54,525 bases of DNA from positions 1 to 54,525 of IMG/VR virus record IMGVR_UViG_3300009181_001959, one strand, 5' to 3'. Shown one piece after another: positions 19,967 through 28,984 of the stretch. The notes beneath the pieces are model-generated. The model ran no database searches. It was not told the origin of the DNA and saw only the letters and a list, made by a program, of their open reading frames with translations. Both the position numbers and the translations under genes were made by a program. This DNA is from a virus. Lineage: Duplodnaviria > Caudoviricetes. Each line of letters opens with the position of its first letter. The first letter of the stretch is position 1.

Positions 19967-21381
19967 AACAAAATGTAGATTACGGATATGATGTACAGCG
20001 TATATATTTGGAAATGATGTTGGCAGATGCACAGACCTATGTGCGTTGCCAAAGCATCTTTGACCCCACGCTGTTTGATAGAAAGCTACAAAAGTCTGCA
20101 GAGTTTCTGCAACACTATGTAAGCGAACACAATGTATTACCCACTCCAGATATTATTAACGCAACAACTGGCAGTGACTTTAAAACAATCACGGACATGC
20201 GTGAAGAACACTTTGATTGGCTCTTGGGAGACTTTGAAACTTTTATTAGACACAAGGGTCTTGAACGTGCCATTCTTGAAAGTGCAGACTTGTTGGAGAA
20301 GGGTGAGTATGGTCCAGTAGAAGAAAAGATCAAACAGGCAGTACAAATTGGCTTACAAAAAGACATGGGCACTGATTACTTTTTGGATCCGCGGGCACGT
20401 TTGATGAGGATCAAAGATAAGAATGGACAAGTGAGTACAGGTTGGAAAAGCGTTGACGACAAACTGTTTGGCGGAATGAACAGAGGCGAGCTTAACATCT
20501 TTGCAGGCGGATCGGGAGCAGGTAAGAGTTTGTTCCTGGCCAATCTAGGCTGTAACTGGGCGTTAGCCGGACTCAATGTGATATATCTAACATTGGAACT
20601 GAGTGAAGAACTTGTTAGTATGCGTGTGGACAGTATGCTTACTGGAATCCCCACTAGAGAGATTTTTAAAAGCATTGACGATGTTGAAATGAAAGTGCGG
20701 GTGATTGGCAAGAAGAGTGGACACTTCCAAGTCAAATACATGCCCAGTGGTAAGACTGCAAACGATGTACGTGCTTACTTGAAAGAATATGAAATCAAAA
20801 TGGGACACCGGGTAGATGTGCTGTTAGTGGACTACTTGGACTTGTTGATGCCAATCTCTAAGAAGATTAGTCCAGCAGACTTGTTTATCAAGGACAAGTA
20901 TGTAAGTGAAGAACTGCGTAACCTAGCAGTGGAAAAGAACTGTGTGTTTGTCACAGCGGCACAATTGAACCGTGGTGCTGTTGAAGAAGTAGAGTTTGAT
21001 CACAGCCACATATCGGGTGGACTCTCTAAGATCCAAACTGCGGACAATGTGTTTGGTATCTTTACATCGAGAGCCATGCGTGAGCGGGGACGTTATCAAA
21101 TACAACTAATGAAAACTCGTAGCAGTAGCGGTGTTGGTATGAAGATTGATTTGGAATTTGATTTGGACAGTTTGCGTATTAGAGACTTGGATGAAAGTGA
21201 AGATGTCAACGGCGCTGCCACTAGACCAGGTAGCAGTATGTTGGACACAATCAGACAACGACAGAGCACAGTGACTCCAGCGGCATTAGAAGACGGTGTC
21301 AATGCTCCAAAGATTACGGCACAGGTTGAAAGTACAAAACTTAGACAGTTACTCAACAACATGGGATCTGATGATATATAA
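19963..21381 (+). CDS. Replicative DnaB/gp41-like helicase
   Basis: GGSGAGKS, TLELSE, VDYLDL, AAQLNR, QLMKTR. Confidence 0.92.
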   Translation: MKQNVDYGYDVQRIYLEMMLADAQTYVRCQSIFDPTLFDRKLQKSAEFLQHYVSEHNVLPTPDIINATTGSDFKTITDMREEHFDWLLGDFETFIRHKGLERAILESADLLEKGEYGPVEEKIKQAVQIGLQKDMGTDYFLDPRARLMRIKDKNGQVSTGWKSVDDKLFGGMNRGELNIFAGGSGAGKSLFLANLGCNWALAGLNVIYLTLELSEELVSMRVDSMLTGIPTREIFKSIDDVEMKVRVIGKKSGHFQVKYMPSGKTANDVRAYLKEYEIKMGHRVDVLLVDYLDLLMPISKKISPADLFIKDKYVSEELRNLAVEKNCVFVTAAQLNRGAVEEVEFDHSHISGGLSKIQTADNVFGIFTSRAMRERGRYQIQLMKTRSSSGVGMKIDLEFDLDSLRIRDLDESEDVNGAATRPGSSMLDTIRQRQSTVTPAALEDGVNAPKITAQVESTKLRQLLNNMGSDDI

Positions 21382-21391
21382 AGTGCTATTT

Positions 21392-21399
21392 TATAAATA
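21392..21399 (+). promoter_or_regulatory. T4-type late promoter TATAAATA
   Basis: Exact motif in the intergenic gap before 21439. Confidence 0.55.
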
Positions 21400-21438
21400 C
21401 AAGCATTAAGTTTACACAAAATAAGGAAATGCATTAAA

Positions 21439-21909
21439 ATGCTTGAATGTATCACACGCTTAGACGATCCACGCACTGAGATAATCCGAGATGATCCAGT
21501 ACGTCCAAACATAGCCCTAACAGATAGAATCAACGAGCGGGCCAAGATTTATCTATGGTGTGAAGAAGATAAAATACGTAGTGCAGTCTGCGTGGCACTT
21601 TGCGATGCTATCCCCGATAGTGAAAACACATTATTGAGTACCCCAGTGGGCGAGCTTACTGTGGCAGTGGCCTATACCATTTGGAGTTATAGTGCGGGCG
21701 CGGCACAAAAGTTGATCTTTGCGCTACGTGACCAGTTGCCTGAAAGTGTTGTCAAGATGGTGACACTGAGCCCACAAACAGAAATGGCCCGCAAGTTCCA
21801 TGAACGTAACGGCGCCAAATTGGTGCGTGAAAATGCGGATACTTGGAATTTTGAGTATGCCATTGTGAAGGATGTTGTTGAATTAACGCAACAACAGGCC
21901 CAACATTAA
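21439..21909 (+). CDS. Hypothetical protein, possibly GNAT-fold
   Basis: YTIWSY..GAA, TLSP, MARKFHERNGA resembles a GNAT C-terminal motif. Confidence 0.5.
   Translation: MLECITRLDDPRTEIIRDDPVRPNIALTDRINERAKIYLWCEEDKIRSAVCVALCDAIPDSENTLLSTPVGELTVAVAYTIWSYSAGAAQKLIFALRDQLPESVVKMVTLSPQTEMARKFHERNGAKLVRENADTWNFEYAIVKDVVELTQQQAQH
21873..21896. promoter_or_regulatory. Palindromic site TGTTG-N8-CAACA (8-bp arms)
   Basis: tgttgttg-aattaacg-caacaaca; same motif at 24071, 27934, 33508, 35647. Confidence 0.5.
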
Positions 21910-22130
21910 TTCATTCTTTGATTGACCAGTTCCAATCTAGTTTCCAATTCACGCACACGGTTGGCCAATCTATTATAGTTACGCTGTAGCAGTTCTAACT
22001 GTGCGTATACTCTCTGTATATCAGGTGTAAGGTCTCGGGCGTTATTAACTGGGCCAGTTGATCCCACGGGACTGCTGGTAGCTCCGGCATCGTCTGGGCT
22101 AGAGTATTGTGTGCTGATACTTGGGTTCAT
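21906..22130 (-). CDS. Hypothetical coiled-coil protein
   Basis: 74 aa with heptad C-terminus; ATGA-coupled. Confidence 0.6.
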   Translation of the reverse strand: MNPSISTQYSSPDDAGATSSPVGSTGPVNNARDLTPDIQRVYAQLELLQRNYNRLANRVRELETRLELVNQRMN

Positions 22131-22345
22131 ATAGTAGTTATCCGTAAGTTGCTGGAGGGATAAAATAATATCAGCTTGGTTAGATCTCTATCTGCTATCA
22201 CAATATCAGTGTCGTTTATTCTTGTATACTCAATGCCCAAATGCCCTAGATCCACTAGCCAACATTCTCTATTCAGCTCTCCAACTATGTAGCCCAAGGG
22301 TCCGAGAGTATTGTCAATGCCAAAGTCAATATGTACATGGGCCAT
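22127..22345 (-). CDS. Hypothetical protein
   Basis: 72 aa; TTAAATA late-type motif at 22351-22357. Confidence 0.6.
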   Translation of the reverse strand: MAHVHIDFGIDNTLGPLGYIVGELNRECWLVDLGHLGIEYTRINDTDIVIADRDLTKLILFYPSSNLRITTI

Positions 22346-22384
22346 GACAATATTTAACTAAGTATGTGACTAAAAGGAAAACGC

Positions 22385-22615
22385 ATGTTTATTACACTAA
22401 CCAATATTGCACCGGCACACAAGGAAAAGAAAGTTGTGCTGAACAGTGACATCATTGTGAGCATGTTCACTGCCACAGTGACCAGAGAAGCAGTTGAAGA
22501 AGAACCCGCTGTGGTTGAAGACGTTACATTTATCCATTGCCCACCACATGGCACATGGGAAGTGAAGGAAAGCATGAGCTATATCACTAGGCTACTAAAC
22601 GGAGATGTGGCTTGA
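22385..22615 (+). CDS. Small FlbD/SwrD-like protein
   Basis: MFITLT...VVLNSDII...T.I......VKES pattern; AAGGA RBS. Confidence 0.5.
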   Translation: MFITLTNIAPAHKEKKVVLNSDIIVSMFTATVTREAVEEEPAVVEDVTFIHCPPHGTWEVKESMSYITRLLNGDVA

Positions 22616-22754
22616 TCTCTTGTGGCGGAGGAGTAGTGTACTCATCTTCCACACTGTGTAGTGTGCCACCCCACATGGTTCTATAAGTTTCTGCGCAGGC
22701 CAATACATAAAACTTATACTCATTACCATTCTTAGTGGTGAGGACATAGTGCAT
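22587..22754 (-). CDS. 55-aa hypothetical protein absent from the ORF track
   Basis: MHYVLTTKNGNEYKFYVLACAE...PHLRLVA*; AAGGAG RBS; TAAATA at 22776-81. Confidence 0.6.
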   Translation of the reverse strand: MHYVLTTKNGNEYKFYVLACAETYRTMWGGTLHSVEDEYTTPPPQEIKPHLRLVA

Positions 22755-22832
22755 GGCATTCTCCTTGTGGTGTAATATTTATTACATTATGATTACATTA
22801 TAGCAGATATAGACTAAAATGTAAATACTAGT

Positions 22833-23279
22833 ATGCTGAATCAGGCCTACTTTGACGCAATCAATACTTTGGTACATGAATGCCAGTCAGTGATGGGTCT
22901 TGATCTACCTAAACCCATCACTGTGTACTGCACGGCCATATTGGCGGACAAGTTGGACAAGCCGCAGTGGGAGCCACAACCCACTTGGGCTGAACGTTAT
23001 CTAACCATGAGATCAGCCCAAGACGCCAAGGACTTGGGAGACACAGCATTGTGGGCAGTGGGCATATGTCCCATGTACTTGACACGCAGAGGCATGAGCC
23101 GCAGTTACTATGTGCAAATAGGACAGGGTGCTTACTCAAAGGCCGCTGATGAACTTAATCAAGAGTTGTATATGCTGTTGAGCACACATTTCTTGTACAT
23201 AAGTGAATTTTTAAAACAGTGTGTGAGCATACAGAACGACTACGTGCCCGTGATGAGATCCACCGTTTCATCCACGTAA
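22833..23279 (+). CDS. Hypothetical protein
   Basis: 148 aa; TAAATA 5 nt upstream. Confidence 0.7.
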   Translation: MLNQAYFDAINTLVHECQSVMGLDLPKPITVYCTAILADKLDKPQWEPQPTWAERYLTMRSAQDAKDLGDTALWAVGICPMYLTRRGMSRSYYVQIGQGAYSKAADELNQELYMLLSTHFLYISEFLKQCVSIQNDYVPVMRSTVSST

Positions 23280-23446
23280 TGACAACAATCCCCAAAACGT
23301 ATTACCAGCTCAGTAAGCACTGATCCTTCTGGTACCCAAAAGCGAGTGCGGTTTAGGTGTACTTCAAAACGTAGCCTATGATAATCAATAAAGTTGAATA
23401 CTTCACCACGACGTGGATCAGCTGTTAGTATGTAGTAGTGTCTCAT
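23240..23446 (-). CDS. Hypothetical protein
   Basis: 68 aa; TTAAATA just upstream. Confidence 0.65.
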   Translation of the reverse strand: MRHYYILTADPRRGEVFNFIDYHRLRFEVHLNRTRFWVPEGSVLTELVIRFGDCCHYVDETVDLITGT

Positions 23447-23560
23447 AGTGTATTTAATAGATAGAGAAGAGCCTAGGGAGGATGTTGGTCGAGACTCTAC
23501 ACGCGAAGCGTCAGCGCAAAAAATTTTGCTACTATGCGCCTCGTGGGTGTAACTGTGATT

Positions 23561-23604
23561 TACTGTGCGTACTGTGCGTACTGTGCGTACTGTGCGTACT
23601 GTGC
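23561..23604. repeat. Tandem repeat (TACTGTGCG) x about 5
   Basis: Four perfect 9-mers plus 8/9 of a fifth. Confidence 0.95.
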
Positions 23605-23622
23605 AACAGCTCTAGAACAACT

Positions 23623-23928
23623 TCAACCAACTATTTTTCTAAGCATGGTTACGGCCATTTGTAACACTTGCGCTGATTGAGGATTGTTCTGTTGTTGCTC
23701 TATGAACTTGATAACATCTGCCACTTGAGGGATTTCAAGTTCAATCTTTTTAAGATTTCTAATCATGGCATAAAGATCTTGACGAGCTTCGTTGGGAGGC
23801 AATCGATCTAAAGGACGCATGTTGCCAAGAATTGCTCTAAGTTTATATGTGTCAACAGACTTTGCAACAGCGGCGGCACCTTTGACTAGTGTGCTGGCTA
23901 GATTTTCGGTAAGTTCATGTATTCGCAT
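23623..23928 (-). CDS. Late protein with CTS-like N-terminus (MRIHELTE)
   Basis: TATAAATA at 23936-43 (minus) 7 nt before the ATG at 23928. Confidence 0.7.
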   Translation of the reverse strand: MRIHELTENLASTLVKGAAAVAKSVDTYKLRAILGNMRPLDRLPPNEARQDLYAMIRNLKKIELEIPQVADVIKFIEQQQNNPQSAQVLQMAVTMLRKIVG

Positions 23929-24069
23929 AGTAGTGTATTTATATGCCGAAAGGGTCCTGCAGGGTAAAAAATATTGTACGCAAAAAATAGTGTACAAGTA
24001 CTTAGAGATCGGGTGGGGGGTTTTAGCACATATGGGACGTTTTTAGCGGGGGATTTTAAGACGTTTGCG

Positions 24070-24089
24070 CTGTTGTTTTTTCGCAACAG
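24070..24089. promoter_or_regulatory. Palindromic site CTGTTG-N8-CAACAG
   Basis: ctgttg-ttttttcg-caacag. Confidence 0.5.
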
Positions 24090-24145
24090 TTTTGTTTGTA
24101 TAGCCCCCGACCCCTATAATCTTTTCTTAATTATATTCTCCACCA

Positions 24146-24180
24146 CCAAAAAGAATCCGGCCATTGAGACCGGATTGTTC
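24146..24180 (-). terminator. Intrinsic terminator closing the early cassette array
   Basis: AATCCGGT-CTCAATG-GCCGGATT followed by CTTTTT on the minus strand. Confidence 0.7.
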
Positions 24181-24195
24181 TTTATCGTTCAGCTG

Positions 24196-24516
24196 TTAGT
24201 CTAGTCGACTGCAACCATATGCCTTCAGGCCTAATGCTGTGAGGTATGTGGCGTAGGCATCTGCGCCAGCTTCCTTTACGCTAATGCTCTGCGTGGGCAC
24301 GCCAGCTGGATCCCACATGGTCAAGCACTTGGGCTTGTAGTCCTTGCGGAAGCCTGCGGCAATCAGCTCTTTAGCCTGAGCACTGTTAGTGCGGTCCACG
24401 TAGACCTCTACCCAACCAAAGCCGCAAGCATCGCGCTCGCCTATGCGTTGATACATGGCCAAGCCTGCTTGCTCTGCAATGGCCTTACCGCTACGGATCT
24501 GTTCTGCTGTAATCAT
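24196..24516 (-). CDS. Early hypothetical protein
   Basis: ACGFGWV...SRLD; cassette promoter and GGAG RBS. Confidence 0.85.
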   Translation of the reverse strand: MITAEQIRSGKAIAEQAGLAMYQRIGERDACGFGWVEVYVDRTNSAQAKELIAAGFRKDYKPKCLTMWDPAGVPTQSISVKEAGADAYATYLTALGLKAYGCSRLD

Positions 24517-24571
24517 CTATCGCTCCTTTTGTTTAACTTAGCCTATAGTATAGCACCGTCTTGCCAATATG

Positions 24572-24826
24572 TCAACTCAATACCACTACACGGCGTAGGG
24601 TTTCATCAACAACTTCGTTGCCCTCATCATCGAACTCTGTGTCGCCATCATCCTCTAGCATCTTGTCCATACGGTGATACTCACTGTAGACCACCGCGCC
24701 GTTATCCACACGGCTCAACTTGGGAGCCACTTCTGTGCGCCAGTGGTCGCCATAGTTATAGGCAAAGTGTACGTCTGACTCAGGGTTCATGTCCTGCAAC
24801 ATTTCTATCAGTTCTTTAACTTGCAT
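24572..24826 (-). CDS. Early hypothetical protein
   Basis: MQVKELIEML..YNYGDHWRT; TGA stop inside the next TTGACA. Confidence 0.85.
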   Translation of the reverse strand: MQVKELIEMLQDMNPESDVHFAYNYGDHWRTEVAPKLSRVDNGAVVYSEYHRMDKMLEDDGDTEFDDEGNEVVDETLRRVVVLS

Positions 24827-24881
24827 CGCTCTCTCCTTTTGTTTAACTTAACTTACAGTATAACATCACTCAACCAATTTG

Positions 24882-25076
24882 TCAACTGACATCTACTACC
24901 CATTGTAGGCAATTGTTGTAAAGATTGTACTCGGCTCTGAGGCTATCGCCGGGGAAGAACGGGTTGCTTACTATAGCATATGGAGCATCATCTGCATCCA
25001 TCTTGAAGCTGTGAACATCCACTTCCCACATGCCTAGGTCCTGTGCTATACCGCTGTCGATAAAGTGTACGTTCAT
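24882..25076 (-). CDS. Early hypothetical protein
   Basis: ATGA-coupled; TGA stop inside TTGACA. Confidence 0.75.
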   Translation of the reverse strand: MNVHFIDSGIAQDLGMWEVDVHSFKMDADDAPYAIVSNPFFPGDSLRAEYNLYNNCLQWVVDVS

Positions 25077-25447
25077 ACCCAGCTCTCCACCACGGTAACA
25101 GGCTTCTTCAAGACTCGTTTCACAAAGTCTTCGGGCTCGTCATCACAGCGTACCAGCACGAATCCCATGCTCTCTACCAAGTCCACCTCGCAGACCTGTA
25201 GGTCAATGCCACCAGCTTCAAACGCCACATTCATCTTGCTCAGTGCATACTTGACGCCTGCTTGGAAGGCCTCGTACTCGTTTGCACCCGTTTCATCAAA
25301 GTCGAACTCTGTTTGCATAATGTGCGCAAACTCTTGTCCATCTGCTACAATGAACTTGTTGATCTTTTTCCAGTTGGATTGCTTCTCGCTGTCAAAGTGG
25401 TCACAGCATTCGTTGATATCAAATGAGGCAAAGTTATCGTAGTTCAT
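25073..25447 (-). CDS. Early acidic hypothetical protein
   Basis: AAGGAGC RBS. Confidence 0.8.
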   Translation of the reverse strand: MNYDNFASFDINECCDHFDSEKQSNWKKINKFIVADGQEFAHIMQTEFDFDETGANEYEAFQAGVKYALSKMNVAFEAGGIDLQVCEVDLVESMGFVLVRCDDEPEDFVKRVLKKPVTVVESWV

Positions 25448-25456
25448 AATTGCTCC

Positions 25457-25732
25457 TTAAGCGGCTTCTAACATGTTAGCGGGCACACGCCACATACCTG
25501 CTGGGGTACGCACCGTCACATACTTAATGGCAATCTTAGTGACATCGCCAACCATTGTCTGACCAGTCTTGCTGGATGTGAACTTGACCATTTGACCTGG
25601 CTTGATCGAGTTCTTTACGTCTTTAGTCAGTTGGGCTCTGTTCCACTTGACCGCATCAATCATGCTGGACAGCTCTACGTTGGTCCATGTGCCAAACATG
25701 ATTGCACTATTAACTTCTTGGATTGTTTTCAT
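25457..25732 (-). CDS. Early protein with SH3/KOW-like C-terminus
   Basis: IKPGQMVKF...GDVTKIAIKYVTV....WRVPANML; cassette promoter. Confidence 0.8.
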   Translation of the reverse strand: MKTIQEVNSAIMFGTWTNVELSSMIDAVKWNRAQLTKDVKNSIKPGQMVKFTSSKTGQTMVGDVTKIAIKYVTVRTPAGMWRVPANMLEAA

Positions 25733-25797
25733 CGCTCGCTCCTTTTGTTTAACTTAACCTATAGTATAGCACCACTTGACCAAAATGTCAACCGATA

Positions 25798-26010
25798 TCA
25801 GCAGTCTGCGTCAAAGCTCTCCCACTCCTGAGCTTCGTCGGGTTGTCCATCATCCTCGTCAAGATCCTCGTCTTCGAGGATGTCGTTGCACTGCATCATG
25901 TCTGCCACTTCATCTTCGCTCATGTAGCTCAGTGCCATCTCTGCAACGGCTTGGGCACTGATGACACCATCCGCTATCATGTCCAACAGTCTAGTAGTTT
26001 GGGTTCGCAT
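25798..26010 (-). CDS. Early acidic hypothetical protein
   Basis: Ends DGQPDEAQEWESFDADC; cassette promoter. Confidence 0.8.
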   Translation of the reverse strand: MRTQTTRLLDMIADGVISAQAVAEMALSYMSEDEVADMMQCNDILEDEDLDEDDGQPDEAQEWESFDADC

Positions 26011-26051
26011 AAGGTTCGCTCCTTTTGTTTAACTTAACCTATAGTATAGCG

Positions 26052-26219
26052 TCACTTCGTGGTATTGTCAACCGATTTCATTGCTTGAACACCCCACCAC
26101 ATGATGAGCAAGCCAAAGAACGCATACCATAAGATGGCGCTAATGGGAGCGGCATCATCGGCGCCCATGGCACTGGCAACTAAGAGGAATCCCAGTAACA
26201 GTCTCAACGACCCTTTCAT
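26052..26219 (-). CDS. Small two-TM membrane protein
   Basis: Start MKGSLR at 26219 (ATGA overlap, GGAG RBS); two hydrophobic segments. Confidence 0.7.
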   Translation of the reverse strand: MKGSLRLLLGFLLVASAMGADDAAPISAILWYAFFGLLIMWWGVQAMKSVDNTTK

Positions 26220-26596
26220 ACAGTCTCCTTCACAACAAAGTAACGGTAGGGCAGGCCCAGGGTATAGCAAAGGTACTCGTCGTCCCCGTTGGTTTCTTCT
26301 GCTTCGTGGATCCAACGCATGGCCATCTCACGGTCCGTAGCACCCGAACGGAACAGGTCCTGCATACGCATCTCGAACTCATGCATGGCCACTTCTTCAG
26401 CGGCTTCGCGGTCCTTGTTCTCCCGATCAATGATCTTGGCAAGGTAGACGAACTCAGCTTCAAACCCTGCTTCAGTCCAGTCTGTGGTGTCGATACCGCG
26501 TGGGCGAACGCCGTAGGCATCCTTATACATATCCCAGAACTGGCAAGCATACTGCTCCAGGGTGCTCATCTCTTCCCAGCTTTTGAACTCTTCCAT
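26216..26596 (-). CDS. Early hypothetical protein
   Basis: WDMYKDAYGVRPR; cassette promoter. Confidence 0.85.
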   Translation of the reverse strand: MEEFKSWEEMSTLEQYACQFWDMYKDAYGVRPRGIDTTDWTEAGFEAEFVYLAKIIDRENKDREAAEEVAMHEFEMRMQDLFRSGATDREMAMRWIHEAEETNGDDEYLCYTLGLPYRYFVVKETV

Positions 26597-26653
26597 GTTG
26601 CGCTCCTTGTTTGCTAGTGTAAGTGTATATTATACAACCAAAACGCCAAACTG

Positions 26654-27103
26654 TCAACCAATCATTTTGGCACGTAGCAGGTCGCCTAGGCGTGGCTGAT
26701 GCTCTCCTGGAACAACCACACCCTCCACGAACAGGTCCACTCGCTCGCTGTAGTAGCCGTTGCTCTCACCCAACCAACGCACATCCACATATCCCTTGCG
26801 GGTAGCGAACTTGTAGAAGGTGTAAGTGTAGCTTTCGTAGTGCTCTTCGTCTGGCTCAGTAGCACCCGACACTTCTTCAGCGATCAGGAGTGGCTCACCT
26901 ACCAAGTCCTCGAGGACACCTGTGATGTCGTTGATGCGTACAGTCTCACAGCAGTCTTGCATGTGAGCAAAGAGGAATCGCTCGCCTTGTGCTGTTTCGA
27001 ACAGCATCTCGTCGCTATCAACGGAACCTGTCACTTGCACAAAGGTCTTGCCCAGCATCTGTGCCATGCCCCGTTGTGTGTCTACTGTGTTTTCGTAATC
27101 CAT
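26654..27103 (-). CDS. Early hypothetical protein
   Basis: Start MDYEN at 27103 after AGGAGC; HMQDCCE, WLGESNGYYSE; TGA inside TTGACA. Confidence 0.85.
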   Translation of the reverse strand: MDYENTVDTQRGMAQMLGKTFVQVTGSVDSDEMLFETAQGERFLFAHMQDCCETVRINDITGVLEDLVGEPLLIAEEVSGATEPDEEHYESYTYTFYKFATRKGYVDVRWLGESNGYYSERVDLFVEGVVVPGEHQPRLGDLLRAKMIG

Positions 27104-27171
27104 TGTGTGCTCCTGTGTGTTTGTGTCCATGTGTGTATTATAGCAAGGTTCAACCAATTTGTCAACCAAAA

Positions 27172-27576
27172 TTAAATGTCCGCGCACTCAGCGTGAACAG
27201 CTTCAACATGCGCAGGGTCCAAACGCTCAAGCCCTGCAATAAATGGCGCACCCACATCCAAGCTCACATAGTTGTCTGTTTGCATGCCTTGTTCGCTGTA
27301 GCTTACATCCATAGCTTCTGCTTCAGAGAAGCCGATCGTTTGCAAGTATGCACGGAGCTCCTGCAGGAACAATTTGTCTGTGTAAATGAGACCGTCAACT
27401 TCAGTTTCCCAGCAATTGCATCCCAGCTCGTCCGTTGCAAAGTACACGCACAGCTCGCCAAAGTCTTTGTCTATGTTGCAGTACTGCAAGTCCATTTTGG
27501 TAACGTCTACTGCTGTAGCTGTGCGGCTCCAAAAGCCACGGCCGTTTGTGTTTAGTGTTGTTGATACTTTGATCAT
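27172..27576 (-). CDS. Early hypothetical protein
   Basis: GLIYTD...YSEQGMQ; cassette promoter. Confidence 0.85.
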   Translation of the reverse strand: MIKVSTTLNTNGRGFWSRTATAVDVTKMDLQYCNIDKDFGELCVYFATDELGCNCWETEVDGLIYTDKLFLQELRAYLQTIGFSEAEAMDVSYSEQGMQTDNYVSLDVGAPFIAGLERLDPAHVEAVHAECADI

Positions 27577-27630
27577 TGTTCGCTCTTTGTACTGTTTAAA
27601 AACTTATTATAGCACGGGTCAACCAAAATG

Positions 27631-27870
27631 TCAACCAAATGCTTTGTATAACCCTACTAGCCCTATGGCTAATGATATGATGTTGACCACTGCCTGTGGC
27701 TTGTTCTTGACCCTAAAGGCCCATGTGAGGAACAGGATTGTGCCCACAGCAAAGGTTATGATGTTGTAGGGATATACAGCTGGGCCTATGGCATTGAGCA
27801 CGTGGCCCGCTACAATGAAGCCTGCTCCGGACCACTGTAGGGATTCGTCTGTTTGGGATTGTGTTAACAT
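27631..27870 (-). CDS. Small membrane protein (3 TM)
   Basis: Hydrophobic segments; TGA inside TTGACA. Confidence 0.8.
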   Translation of the reverse strand: MLTQSQTDESLQWSGAGFIVAGHVLNAIGPAVYPYNIITFAVGTILFLTWAFRVKNKPQAVVNIISLAIGLVGLYKAFG

Positions 27871-27933
27871 GTCTATTCGCTTTCTTAGTGTTTACAGTAT
27901 AGCACCACTTGCTCGAAATGTCAACCAAAAAAG

Positions 27934-27951
27934 TGTTGCGTTTTCACAACA
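27934..27951. promoter_or_regulatory. Palindromic site TGTTG-N8-CAACA
   Basis: tgttg-cgttttca-caaca, 9 bp upstream of the -35 at 27919-24. Confidence 0.55.
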
Positions 27952-27953
27952 GT

Positions 27954-28031
27954 TGGTGGGCCCCCCGTGAGTCGAACACGGCACCAATGGATTATGAGTC
28001 CACTGCTCTAACCAACATGAGCTAGGGGCCC
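27954..28031 (-). tRNA. tRNA with CAT anticodon, probably tRNA-Ile2 (lysidine type)
   Basis: GGGCCCC acceptor stem, GTGGA-CT-CAT-AA-TCCAT, GTTCGA T loop, encoded ACCA; resembles bacterial ileX more than tRNA-Met. Confidence 0.9.
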
Positions 28032-28038
28032 ATTGAGT

Positions 28039-28230
28039 TTAACTGAACTCTTTAATCAACTCGTATTCACCGTCTACGGTTTCTTCGTACACTGTGACGA
28101 TTGCACTCGTTTCCTTGTGCTCTTTCTCAGCTATGGCCAGTGCTTCTTTGCGACTAGCGGTAGTGAGGACTAGTTCTTGATGTCCTGCTCCGTCCTCAGA
28201 CCAGACTTCATATTGAACCCAATTACTCAT
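28039..28230 (-). CDS. Early hypothetical protein
   Basis: 63 aa ORF on the array strand. Confidence 0.7.
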   Translation of the reverse strand: MSNWVQYEVWSEDGAGHQELVLTTASRKEALAIAEKEHKETSAIVTVYEETVDGEYELIKEFS

Positions 28231-28283
28231 TTCTGTTCTCGTAGTATTGGGGGCATTGCGCCCCCATGGTTGTCACGCCAGGA

Positions 28284-28655
28284 TTAGAACGGAGTGTCGT
28301 CATCCTCAGTAACTTTGGCCTTAGCCTTAACTGGCGCCTTAGCCTTGACTGGAGCCTTGGCAACTGCTTTCTTAGTTGCTGTGGGAGTTGACACTGGGTT
28401 AGTGCGGGGAGTATTGCGCTCCACGTACTCCACGATGGTGGCCTGTGCCGCAACGTCTTGGAACTCTTCTAGTGCCTTAAGGGCAATAGCTGCCTCCATC
28501 TTGCTTACGGGCTCGTCCAGCTCTGCCAAACGGATGTCTGTGTGTCCACCCTTTGTAAGTACTTTGATACGCATGATATCATTTGCAAAGCGAACCTTGT
28601 ACTCGCCCATGTGTTTAGAAATACCAACTACCTTGAAAAGTTTATCTGTAGCCAT
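28284..28655 (-). CDS. Protein with Lys/Ala/Pro-rich tail (AKAPVK repeats), possibly DNA-binding
   Basis: KKAVAKAPVKAKAPVKAKAK; own promoter and AAAGAGG RBS. Confidence 0.8.
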   Translation of the reverse strand: MATDKLFKVVGISKHMGEYKVRFANDIMRIKVLTKGGHTDIRLAELDEPVSKMEAAIALKALEEFQDVAAQATIVEYVERNTPRTNPVSTPTATKKAVAKAPVKAKAPVKAKAKVTEDDDTPF

Positions 28656-28720
28656 TGTGTGTGCCTCTTTCTGTGTTTAAAAATAACGTTAGGAACATCC
28701 CAACGTATGCATTAATTATA

Positions 28721-28984
28721 CTACCGTTTTGGTTTGATGTCAACCGTTTTCTTACCTTTTTGAGCAACCTTCTTGGGCCGCTCAAACTCGCTTTGGACAT
28801 AATGAGCGATCAAACTTCGCTGGATCATTGTGACCAAATCGCCGTGATCTTCAGGGACCACAAACCTTACAGGGCATTCACCCCATGAGCTTGTCTTAAC
28901 GAATTGGTAATACCAACGACGATGCGCCTTGTTTGCCGGATTGAATATCGTCCAGGGCCTACCAAAAAGTTCCAAGCGACTCAT
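28721..28984 (-). CDS. Hypothetical protein
   Basis: SWGECPVRF; ATGA-coupled. Confidence 0.75.
   Translation of the reverse strand: MSRLELFGRPWTIFNPANKAHRRWYYQFVKTSSWGECPVRFVVPEDHGDLVTMIQRSLIAHYVQSEFERPKKVAQKGKKTVDIKPKR

Noticed and set aside
7980-21381. Inteins or introns in uvsW, primase or helicase
   Set aside because: Lengths are normal, motifs are contiguous, and no splice-junction motifs were seen
23482-23664. 60-aa ORF with CVL repeats
   Set aside because: It is a by-product of the 9-bp tandem repeat and overlaps a better-supported opposite-strand gene; translation is not excluded
24070-24089. LexA SOS box
   Set aside because: CTGT and ACAG are 12 nt apart here, not 8; treated as a separate TGTTG-N8-CAACA motif
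28248-28266. Terminator after the AKAPVK gene
   Set aside because: Strong GC hairpin but no U-tract on the minus strand; it may be a stability or processing stem
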